Below are positions 11,010 to 18,562 of a stretch of 64,000 nucleotides of DNA, in pieces. The DNA lies in the NCBI GenBank assembly GCA_016176295.1, contig JACOXN010000004.1, forward strand, positions 6,655 to 70,654, given 5' to 3'. The stretch's first letter is position 1. Every line of letters begins with the position of its first letter. A model generated the notes under the pieces. The model ran no database searches. It saw only the letters and a list, made by a program, of their open reading frames with translations, and was not told the origin of the DNA. The DNA is from Candidatus Giovannonibacteria bacterium (lineage in GTDB: Bacteria; Patescibacteriota; Minisyncoccia; UBA11713; 2-01-FULL-45-33). Both the position numbers and the translations under genes were made by a program.

Positions 11010-11980
11010 CCTGCCTACCGGCAGGCAGGTACGCTAGAAGTATTAGCAGCTAACAGTACCAAACGGGTATGTACACACATCTTAAGCGCGATCAACGTAT
11101 CGCGCTAGCCGCTCTCCTGCGGTCCGGATATTCACGGCGGCAAGCGGCAAAAGAAATCGGCGTAGATCACACAACGGTCGGCAGAGAAGTTACGCGCAAC
11201 CCGATAACTCTCGGGCGGTACCATGCCGGACACGCCGACGTTCTGGCGCGAATGAGAAGGAAAAGGTCGAGAATGGCTTATCGGACCATAGAAAACAATC
11301 CTGAGCTTGTATTGCGTATCGAAAAGCGCCTTCATCCGCTGGTTTCTCCCGAGGTCATCGCGCATGATGAAAGCATCAGTCATGTCACTGTTTATGCCTG
11401 GATTTACCGTTCCCGCCCGGATTTGCTTTTGCGTCTCCCACAGAGAGGAAAGAAACGCAGGCGTTACGGGTCAAAAAGAGCCGGAAAACAGGGCTGGACA
11501 ACAAAAGTTCGCCCCATTGATGCACGGCCCGCAATCATCGATCAACGATTACGTGTGGGAGATTTTGAGGGTGATACCGTCAGAGGTAAGAACGGATCTT
11601 TGCTTACCCTCACGGACAGGAAAAGCCGTTTTGAAGTTGTCGTAAAAATGCCCGGCGACTATTGCGACCTGGTGCATGCCGCCATTGTGAAGATCCAGCG
11701 CAAGGTTTTTGCCAAATCTTATACTTTCGACAGGGGTTCTTGTTTTTCTCTTTGGCCTATGATTGAGCGGGATGCAGGAGTGCGAGTATATTTTGCTCAT
11801 CCGCGTTCACCTTGGGACCTGTCGTGGCATGGCCGCAATAATTATTACGCTCCCGATAGCGGCAGCTCCACGACCACATTTTCTGAAATACTAAAATCCT
11901 ATGCCTACGAAGGCAGCGGAAAAAATTATACTTTCCTGACAATTACCCGCGAGCTGAAGCCTGAGGAGGCACAAAAATGA
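11010..11980 (+). mobile_element. IS30-family insertion sequence, probably degenerate (no right inverted repeat found)
   Basis: Transposase gene plus an upstream 20-nt near-palindrome (11010-11029). The downstream ORF overlaps the transposase stop, and no inverted copy of the left-end sequence was seen within 450 bp downstream. Confidence 0.35.
11069..11980 (+). CDS. IS30-family transposase (DDE region partly diverged)
   Basis: N-terminal HTH (LKRDQRIALAALLRSGYSRRQAAKEIGVDHTTVGRE). IS30 signature VGDFEGDTVRGKNGSLLTLTDRKSRF. C-terminal YFAHPRSPW matches IS30 YFAxPYSPW, but the second D/E region reads FDRGSCF and the NENTNG region is degraded. Confidence 0.75.
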   Translation: MYTHLKRDQRIALAALLRSGYSRRQAAKEIGVDHTTVGREVTRNPITLGRYHAGHADVLARMRRKRSRMAYRTIENNPELVLRIEKRLHPLVSPEVIAHDESISHVTVYAWIYRSRPDLLLRLPQRGKKRRRYGSKRAGKQGWTTKVRPIDARPAIIDQRLRVGDFEGDTVRGKNGSLLTLTDRKSRFEVVVKMPGDYCDLVHAAIVKIQRKVFAKSYTFDRGSCFSLWPMIERDAGVRVYFAHPRSPWDLSWHGRNNYYAPDSGSSTTTFSEILKSYAYEGSGKNYTFLTITRELKPEEAQK

Positions 11981-12423
11981 ATAAACCGGCAATTGCAGGC
12001 TTAATCTGCCTTGCTGTGCTGGGCATATTCTATCTTGCCTGCGTCCATTATCTTGAGCCAAACCAAGTCGGGATTGTCCGGAACAGGTTCACCGGCGAAG
12101 TCCGATTAGATGATCAGGCCAGTTTTGATATTACGCCTCCGTGGATAGCGGTGTCGCGAATTGACATTCGTCCGATGCGAGTGTGCATAACATCGGCCAG
12201 CCGCGGATTTAACTGCAAACTGATCCAGTTCGCGCCTGCGCACTTCAAGGAATTTGTGCTAGTACAAGGGTTTCATTACTACTGGTGGGCCAACCGCATA
12301 TCCTTCAACTTTGGTTACAACGAAGAGTACCGCGGCATGAAAGATCTGCTCAGAGGTTATGCCTACGGCACAAAACAATATCCTTTCGTGAAAATTTTGC
12401 GTGACTACAAGGAAGAAGAATAA
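11977..12423 (+). CDS. hypothetical membrane-anchored protein, N-terminal region weakly SPFH/band-7-like
   Basis: N-terminal TM helix, then EPNQVGIVRNRFTGEV resembling the SPFH start. ATGA overlap with the transposase stop. Confidence 0.35.
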   Translation: MNKPAIAGLICLAVLGIFYLACVHYLEPNQVGIVRNRFTGEVRLDDQASFDITPPWIAVSRIDIRPMRVCITSASRGFNCKLIQFAPAHFKEFVLVQGFHYYWWANRISFNFGYNEEYRGMKDLLRGYAYGTKQYPFVKILRDYKEEE

Positions 12424-12434
12424 TACATTATCCG

Positions 12435-13925
12435 CTACAGCTCGGCTGGGGCGGATTTTTCTTTAGGCTGGTAATCCTTAAATTGTTCAAGCTCCCCCAT
12501 TTTTGGAAGGAGCATTTTAACGGCGCGCCGCCGCGCGATATTCCATGACTGCCATTTTGCGAATGATTCCGAACCGCCCCTCTGATAAAGTTCTTTTCCA
12601 AGATAATTCCTGAACTCCCGGTCATTTGTATTTAAAGCTCCAACGAGCTCCGGCATGGCGTCATCCGAGAGCCCGCTCAAATACCGGACATCGATTTTGC
12701 CGGTGGTTTCGAAACGCTCCAGATTACGCCGGGCAATGAAGGAGTCCGGATCCATCATGTTCATGCCAAAAACAAACAAGTTGAATGTAACGAAAACTCC
12801 GAGAGCAAAATAATTCTCTCTGCCATTCCGCAATGTCTTCCAAGCGAGGAGACAGAATATAATCCCCAGTAAAATAATGAAAGAATGGCTGAATAATCTC
12901 TGGACGGTAAATCCATATGCTTCTTCATAGAGCGAAAGCCTGGCATACGCCGAAAACATGATAACCAATACCTCTGCAATCAGCGCGGCACACAGGAATT
13001 TGAATTCCACAGCATGTCCGCCATTTTCTTTGTAAACCAGCTGATCCGCTGCAAGAAGCAGGAACAAAGAAATTAGCGCCACTACGATGAGTTCGAAAAA
13101 CCCGCGTCTTGCATATTCAGCGTAAGTGAACCCCGCTGAAATGATGTTGCTTTCGCCTCCGAAAAAGTAGGCAACCTGAATGATGATAAATATCAGAAAA
13201 AGAACGTCTACGGACCCGAACAGAATGTAACTTTCTATTCTGCCGAGAGGCCCGCCGGGCCTTACGTTTTCTCCTTCTTTTGCTTCCGCACTTTTTTTCT
13301 TTTCCCTTTCCCCTAAAATGTAGGAATAAGCGCCGGTAAACGCCAGGAAGACGGCGAGTATAAGTATCGTTCTTACGACTATTTCCCCATTTATCTCAAT
13401 GGAAACGAGGTTCGAAATGTATTTTTCAAAAACAAGATCTGCCGAGGAAAAAAGCAAAAGAAAAACAAAAAGAAAAGGGGCAGCAATAAGGATGCCTTTT
13501 AGTACGTGCGAAACGGTTTTTTCTTTTCGGGGGCGCGGGGCGGCAAGTTTCGAGAGAGTTTTCCAAAGCGGAGCCAAAAATTTAAAAGGGAGCAGCACTA
13601 TCTTAAGGTAATCAAGCATAAAAAAACTGCGGAGCCTGTCTCCGAAAGAAACCTCGGCGATAAGCAGCAGCAACCCCAATGAAGCGGCAATGTTCAAAAG
13701 CATAAGCTCCGGGCTCGCTCGTACTGACAGCATCGCGCTAAAGAAGAATAACGGAGCCATGAGCCACAATGCTTCGCGGCTAAGGGACCTGCCGAAAAAT
13801 TTTACGATAAGAAATAGCCCACCGACCACAAAAAGATTAAAGATTAAAAAAGAAAGACCGGGAATCTTATCGAAGAACAAATAGTTGAATAATATGCCCA
13901 AAAACAGGGAAAAACCCGGAATCAT
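12435..13925 (-). CDS. polytopic integral membrane protein (about 10 or more TM helices, family uncertain, DUF4173-like)
   Basis: 496 aa, many hydrophobic segments, cytoplasmic charged C-terminus. Same strand and directly downstream of the Cys-rich secreted protein. Confidence 0.5.
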   Translation of the reverse strand: MIPGFSLFLGILFNYLFFDKIPGLSFLIFNLFVVGGLFLIVKFFGRSLSREALWLMAPLFFFSAMLSVRASPELMLLNIAASLGLLLLIAEVSFGDRLRSFFMLDYLKIVLLPFKFLAPLWKTLSKLAAPRPRKEKTVSHVLKGILIAAPFLFVFLLLFSSADLVFEKYISNLVSIEINGEIVVRTILILAVFLAFTGAYSYILGEREKKKSAEAKEGENVRPGGPLGRIESYILFGSVDVLFLIFIIIQVAYFFGGESNIISAGFTYAEYARRGFFELIVVALISLFLLLAADQLVYKENGGHAVEFKFLCAALIAEVLVIMFSAYARLSLYEEAYGFTVQRLFSHSFIILLGIIFCLLAWKTLRNGRENYFALGVFVTFNLFVFGMNMMDPDSFIARRNLERFETTGKIDVRYLSGLSDDAMPELVGALNTNDREFRNYLGKELYQRGGSESFAKWQSWNIARRRAVKMLLPKMGELEQFKDYQPKEKSAPAEL

Positions 13926-13962
13926 ATACTTATTTAACGCGTCCGCCTTTCGGATGTTACTC

Positions 13963-15582
13963 TTACCGATTACCCCACCAATTGAGGATGGAGTGGTAGA
14001 CGGAGCTCAACAATAATTTGGGGTTTAAGAGGGAGATTGGGCTTGAAGTCTCGAACGGAAGCGGCGTTGGCTCGGTCGCGGGAGGCGGAGTTTGGTAATC
14101 TCCCTGTGGAGGCGTCTGAAAGTCCCCGGGAGGAGGAGCGTAACTTCCCGATGGCGGCTGCTGATAGCCAGCAGGAGGCTGCTGAAAGCCATCGGAAGGC
14201 GGCCTCTGAAAGTCGCCCGGAGGTGGAATTAACGAACCGCCGCCTGAAGGAGGGACTCCGCATTCATTGGGGTGAGAGCTGCAGTAAGCCTGACATTCTT
14301 CTGGAGTTGAACATCCTCCCGGACCGCTGAACTGACCGGAACCGGAAAAACCTCCCTCCGAATCGCCACGAGGAGGAGCAAATGAACCGCCACCTGAAGG
14401 AGGGGCTCCGCATTCATTGGGGTGAGAGCTGCAGTAGGCCTGGCATTCCTCAGGGCTAGTGCATCCGCCAGGACCACCAAATTGGCCAGAACCTCTAAAC
14501 TCGTCCGAGCCCGCTCCCGGTCCGCCAAATCCGCCGGGCCCACCGGAACCCGGACCGTCCTGCCCGCCCATCGAGCCGAATTTCTCAAAACAACTCTTCA
14601 TTTTTTCTCCGGCCTCGCGGGAAGGTTTCACTTGGGATAAATCGCCTAAGATTTCAACCAGGCAAGCCTTTACCGCTTCGGGAGCATTATTGATATTTTC
14701 CATAAACATCTTTGACCCTTCCTCCATTTTTTTTATTTCTTCTTCCGATATAAGCCCGTTCTCTTTTCCGAACTGGAAACAAGCTTCCTGGTTGTCCGGG
14801 TTTCCGCAGAACGCTTCGCATTCTTCTTTACCTTTGCAACCTCCGGGACCGCGCCCTTTCGTTTTTTTCATCATTTCAAATTGTTTTTGGTCAATGAACC
14901 CGGCCGCAACCGCGAAATTGGCGCACTCTTCGATATTTTTTTCATCGGAACAATAGGCATCGCATTCTTCTTTGCCGCGACAGTTCGGCGGTTTTACTCC
15001 GTTTCTCACAGCCGCCAGCATTTTTTCGGCGTCCGCGCGTTCCTGTTCGTCCATTAGGCCGGCTTTCAAGGCAAAATTCATACATTCCTCCATGTGCTCT
15101 CCCGCACCGCAATAGCTGTCGCAAGCGGCTTTGTTATTGCATGCCGGAGGCTTAATACCCTGCCTGATGGCAGCCGCCACTTTTTTTGCCTCGGCTAAGT
15201 CCTTTTGCGGCATAATATTATTTTCTTCGGCAAAGGCGACGCATTCTTCTATGTGACTGATGTCATTGCAGAAATTTTCGCATTTATCTTTCGTGGTACA
15301 CCCGCCGGGGCCCTTCATCTCTCCCGCCGTAATTTTCCGCGCGAGCGCGGCTTCTTCCCGCGACATCAAATTATTCTTTTCGGCGAAACTTATGCAGGCA
15401 GGCGCATTATCGGGAACATCACAGTAGGTTTTGCATGCTTCTTTATCGGCGCAATTTCCAAGCTCTGCAACAGGAAACTGAATATTGTCGGCCTGGGCTA
15501 GAGCATAACCTATCATAAGCAAAGACGCGGCCACACTTAAAGCCAATGCTAAAAAAGAAGAATATTTTTTCATGTTATTCAA
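13963..15582 (-). CDS. secreted modular Cys-rich repeat protein (seven C-x5-C-x3-C-x7/8-C modules, RGD, Pro/Gln-rich tail), putative surface adhesin
   Basis: Signal peptide MNNMKKYSSFLALALSVAASLLMIGYALAQA. Modules: CADKEACKTYCDVPDNAPAC, CTTKDKCENFCNDISHIEEC, CNNKAACDSYCGAGEHMEEC, CRGKEECDAYCSDEKNIEEC, CKGKEECEAFCGNPDNQEAC, CTSPEECQAYCSSHPNEC (x2), each followed by FA..G(L/F). Gly-rich linkers. APPRGDSEGG. PPxGD(F/Y)QxPP repeats. Confidence 0.7.
   Translation of the reverse strand: MNNMKKYSSFLALALSVAASLLMIGYALAQADNIQFPVAELGNCADKEACKTYCDVPDNAPACISFAEKNNLMSREEAALARKITAGEMKGPGGCTTKDKCENFCNDISHIEECVAFAEENNIMPQKDLAEAKKVAAAIRQGIKPPACNNKAACDSYCGAGEHMEECMNFALKAGLMDEQERADAEKMLAAVRNGVKPPNCRGKEECDAYCSDEKNIEECANFAVAAGFIDQKQFEMMKKTKGRGPGGCKGKEECEAFCGNPDNQEACFQFGKENGLISEEEIKKMEEGSKMFMENINNAPEAVKACLVEILGDLSQVKPSREAGEKMKSCFEKFGSMGGQDGPGSGGPGGFGGPGAGSDEFRGSGQFGGPGGCTSPEECQAYCSSHPNECGAPPSGGGSFAPPRGDSEGGFSGSGQFSGPGGCSTPEECQAYCSSHPNECGVPPSGGGSLIPPPGDFQRPPSDGFQQPPAGYQQPPSGSYAPPPGDFQTPPQGDYQTPPPATEPTPLPFETSSPISLLNPKLLLSSVYHSILNWWGNR
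14222..14469. repeat. ~148-bp tandem duplication inside the Cys-rich gene (near-identical ~70-bp cores at 14232-14301 and 14380-14449)
   Basis: gaaccgcc(g/a)cctgaaggagg..ctccgcattcattggggtgagagctgcagta(a/g)gcctg..cattc occurs twice, encoding the two GC(T/S)(S/T)PEECQAYCSSHPNECG modules. Confidence 0.6.
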
Positions 15583-15805
15583 AAGGGTTAGTTTTAACTG
15601 ATTTAAAAGGGTTGGCTTTGTTTACCGGATTCAAGTCCGGAGCATTTTCCAGAGGCTTATCATTTACGCTGGAACCCGCATTTTGCACGACTACGGTCTC
15701 CAGCGCGGGCGCCGGAATAGGCTTACTGGAATAAGTTAGATAAACGTAATAACCGGCTACTAAAATTATGACCGCGCCGAGCGCGATGGCTGCTTTTTTA
15801 TTCAT
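15575..15805 (-). CDS. small single-pass membrane protein (N-terminal TM, NPF-repeat tail), overlaps the Cys-rich gene start by 8 nt
   Basis: MNKKAAIALGAVIILVAGYYVYL ... NPFKSVKTNPFE. Confidence 0.4.
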   Translation of the reverse strand: MNKKAAIALGAVIILVAGYYVYLTYSSKPIPAPALETVVVQNAGSSVNDKPLENAPDLNPVNKANPFKSVKTNPFE

Positions 15806-15830
15806 AACTAAATTATGGCATCTGGAGAAA

Positions 15831-16394
15831 ATGTGTCGAGAGCCAAATGTGCACTGCTTGTTTTATGGCTTATTTTCTGATAACATATATTCGTTGCTGA
15901 AAATAAATAATTTCATACGGGCTTCTGAAGTGAGGGTCATCGACGAGGAAGGCAAGAACCTCGGAGTTTTGCCTTTGGAAAAAGCCCTGCAAGTAGCCCG
16001 CGAAGCCGGACTCGACCTCATTGAAGTTTCCTCCAATGTGGTTCCCCCCATCACTAAAATAATGGATAAAGGGAAATATCTTTACGAACAGGATAAAAAA
16101 AAGCGCCAAGCGGCCAAAAACCGTAAGGAAGTCGAAATAAAGAACGTCCGCATCGGCATCGGAACAGGCGCGCATGACCTCGAATTAAAAGCCCGCCAAA
16201 TAGATGAATTTCTGAAAGAAGGAAACCGCGCGCAGGTGGAACTCCGATTGAAAGGCAGGGAAAAATATCTGAAAAAAGAGTTTCTGGAAGAGCGTATCCA
16301 GCGGGTTCTCAATATGGTTTCACAGCCATTCTCGATCGAACCCGTCAAAAAAGGCCCGAGGGGTCTGATGCTCACTATCGCACCCAAAAAGTAG
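15831..16394 (+). CDS. infC: translation initiation factor IF-3 (start uncertain: ATG 15831, or non-AUG TTG 15894 / ATA 15903)
   Basis: INNFIRASEVRVIDEEGKNLGVLPLEKALQVAREAGLDLIEV ... NVRIGIGTGAHDLELKARQIDEFLKEGNRAQVELRLKGRE matches IF-3. infC classically uses an unusual start codon. Confidence 0.8.
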   Translation: MCREPNVHCLFYGLFSDNIYSLLKINNFIRASEVRVIDEEGKNLGVLPLEKALQVAREAGLDLIEVSSNVVPPITKIMDKGKYLYEQDKKKRQAAKNRKEVEIKNVRIGIGTGAHDLELKARQIDEFLKEGNRAQVELRLKGREKYLKKEFLEERIQRVLNMVSQPFSIEPVKKGPRGLMLTIAPKK

Positions 16395-16467
16395 CAAGAT
16401 AGATGAATTGTTTTTAAGCTCAATCTCTACCTTGCAAAATTATGAATAATAGATTAAACTTCGTAAA

Positions 16468-16668
16468 ATGAAGTCAAAAACGGCCAAATCCATACTGAAA
16501 AGAATACGCGTAACCAAGCACGGTAAAATGGTGCGCTCCGGCAGCGGGCTCAACCATTTTTTGTCCAAAAAAAAGAGCTCCAAGAAAATGGATAACCGCC
16601 GGTCCGTCAATATGGATAAAATAAGAAGCCGGATGTTAGCAACATATTTGCATCACACAAAGGTATGA
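16468..16668 (+). CDS. rpmI: 50S ribosomal protein L35
   Basis: MKSKTAKSILKRIRVTKHGKMVRSGSGLNHFLSKKKSSKK has the L35 pattern. Position between infC and rplT. Confidence 0.75.
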   Translation: MKSKTAKSILKRIRVTKHGKMVRSGSGLNHFLSKKKSSKKMDNRRSVNMDKIRSRMLATYLHHTKV

Positions 16669-17009
16669 CAAGAGTAAAAAGAGCGAAGATCGCCATCAAA
16701 CGAAGAAGGAAGATCCTGGGGCAAACCAAGGGTTTTAGGTGGCAGAGGAAATCAAAAGAGCGCGCCGCCCGCGAAGCTCTGCTTCACGCCGGAGTCCACG
16801 CCTTCCAGGATAGGCGAAAAAAGAAAAGGAATATGCGAAAGCTCTGGAATATAAAAATAAACGCCGCCGCCCGCGCCGGGGGAATTTCTTACAGCAAGCT
16901 CATCGGCCAGCTGAAAAAGACGAACATAGAACTCAACCGCAAAGTCCTCTCGGAACTCGCGGAACACCACCCGGAAGTTTTCGAAAAAGTACTTCAGACA
17001 GTAAAATAA
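16665..17009 (+). CDS. rplT: 50S ribosomal protein L20
   Basis: MTRVKRAKIAIKRRRKILGQTKGF ... FQDRRKKKRNMRKLWNIKINAAARAGGISYSKLI. Confidence 0.9.
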   Translation: MTRVKRAKIAIKRRRKILGQTKGFRWQRKSKERAAREALLHAGVHAFQDRRKKKRNMRKLWNIKINAAARAGGISYSKLIGQLKKTNIELNRKVLSELAEHHPEVFEKVLQTVK

Positions 17010-17025
17010 ACTTCAAACAAAAAAA

Positions 17026-17056
17026 CCCGTCCGCCAGTTGGCGGACGGGTTTTTTG
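17026..17056. terminator. bidirectional terminator (cccgtccgcca-gttg-gcggacggg with A/T runs)
   Basis: Perfect 11-bp stem between the convergent rplT and permease genes. Confidence 0.6.
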
Positions 17057-17068
17057 TTTTTAATCAGA

Positions 17069-17836
17069 TCATTTTTCTTTCAAAAAAACGGAAACGAAGA
17101 AAAATATCCCGGCAAAGATAACAAAGACCGGGCCCGGAGAAAGACCGTAATATTTTGCGGCCAGCATGCCGAAAACCGCTTCCAAAACTCCCAAAAACGC
17201 GGAGAGCCACAGATAGCTTTTCATACTACCGGCCAGATTCCTTGCCGTGGCGGCGGGTATTATTATCAAAGAACCCATAAGCAGCGCACCGGTAAATTTT
17301 ATACCCGCAGCTACTGCCAAAGCAAAGATGGTAAGGAACAAAAGTTCTAGGAGATGCGGCTTATATCCTATAGAAAGGGCGAGATCCGGAGACATCATTG
17401 TGAGGGAAAATTTCTTGTAATAAATTACTACCAACGAAATGATGAAAGCCGAGCTCAATATGGCGAGAACAAAATCCAATCGGCTAAGCTTTGTGATATC
17501 CCCGAAAAGCGCCTCCAATATTTCTTCCTGGGTGGCAAGCAGAGCCCCTACGGATAAAGCCAGGGTGAATACAACGCCAACCAGAGCTTCAACGGGGAGT
17601 TTGGTCTTGTGTTCCACGGCCCAAATTATCAGCACTCCGAGGAGCAAAAAAGCGAAAGCGCCGATAAAAGGATTAAAATGTAACAAAAGACCCAGCGCGA
17701 TGCCCGGGAGCGCCACATGGGAAAGAGCATCTCCCACCAGAGCCATACGGCGCAAAAGCGCGAAAGAGCCCACAAGCCCGCCTGCCGCAGCGATGGCGGA
17801 GCCGGCGATCAATGTATAGAGTAAACTGGTTTCCAT
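17069..17836 (-). CDS. metal (Zn/Mn) ABC transporter permease, ABC-3/ZnuB family
   Basis: 255 aa, multi-TM, ...MALVGDALSHVALPGIALG... typical of ZnuB/MntB. Confidence 0.75.
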   Translation of the reverse strand: METSLLYTLIAGSAIAAAGGLVGSFALLRRMALVGDALSHVALPGIALGLLLHFNPFIGAFAFLLLGVLIIWAVEHKTKLPVEALVGVVFTLALSVGALLATQEEILEALFGDITKLSRLDFVLAILSSAFIISLVVIYYKKFSLTMMSPDLALSIGYKPHLLELLFLTIFALAVAAGIKFTGALLMGSLIIIPAATARNLAGSMKSYLWLSAFLGVLEAVFGMLAAKYYGLSPGPVFVIFAGIFFFVSVFLKEK

Positions 17837-17845
17837 AAAATAAGA

Positions 17846-18562
17846 TTAATGCAGATGGTGATAAAGCTTCCTTTCCCCGCCATAAAGCTTCTGAAGCTCA
17901 TCGGGCGTCAAAACATCCAAAGGAGAACCGAAACAAATCTGCACTTTATTTAAGCAGAGTACTTTGTTCGCGTATTTGTAGACCACGGAGAGATCGTGCG
18001 AAATGAGGGCAAGGGTGAGACTGTATTCATCCTGCAGCTTGTGCAAAAGCTCGTAAACGGTTTCCTGACCGGCCACATCCACGCTAGCCGTTGGCTCGTC
18101 GAATAGCAACAAGTCCGGATGCCCGATTATCGCCCAGGCGATAAGTATCCTCTGAAGCTCCCCCGAAGAGAGTTCGCCGATCTTTTTTGAAAGATACTCC
18201 TCCCCCAACCCCACCATTTTAAGCACTTTCGCCGGCGAATGCTCATCATCCTCCGAAGGGTGGATTCTCAATTTCAAGAATTCTTCGGCCGTCATCGGAA
18301 TATCGCGCTCCAGATCTATTTTTTGCGGCACGTATCCTATCTTTATATTTTTTTCTTTTTTAAGCTCCCCCTCATGAGGAATAGAGCCCAATATAGCCCG
18401 GAAAAGCGTGGTCTTCCCGGAGCCGTTGGGGCCGATAACCGCAAGGGTATCCCCGCGGTCCAATGAGAACGAAACATCCGATACTCCCTCGAATGTTTTA
18501 TCCTTGCCGTATCCGGCTTTCAGGTCATTTAACTCTAAAATCGGCATAAGAAATTCTATCAC
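17846..18562 (-). CDS. metal ABC transporter ATP-binding protein (ZnuC-like)
   Basis: Walker A GPNGSGKTT. ABC signature LSSGELQR. Walker B LLLFDEPTASVD. Confidence 0.8.
   Translation of the reverse strand: MIEFLMPILELNDLKAGYGKDKTFEGVSDVSFSLDRGDTLAVIGPNGSGKTTLFRAILGSIPHEGELKKEKNIKIGYVPQKIDLERDIPMTAEEFLKLRIHPSEDDEHSPAKVLKMVGLGEEYLSKKIGELSSGELQRILIAWAIIGHPDLLLFDEPTASVDVAGQETVYELLHKLQDEYSLTLALISHDLSVVYKYANKVLCLNKVQICFGSPLDVLTPDELQKLYGGERKLYHHLH

Noticed and set aside
14222-14469. Possible CRISPR array
   Set aside because: Only two long units, not short repeat-spacer alternation, and they lie inside a protein-coding frame. No CRISPR-like arrays elsewhere in the window.
13970-15124. Multiple ORFs on both strands inside the Cys-rich gene (for example 14037-14330, 14459-14956)
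   Set aside because: Products of the repetitive GC-rich coding sequence in alternative frames. The signal-peptide-bearing 539-aa frame is the coherent one.
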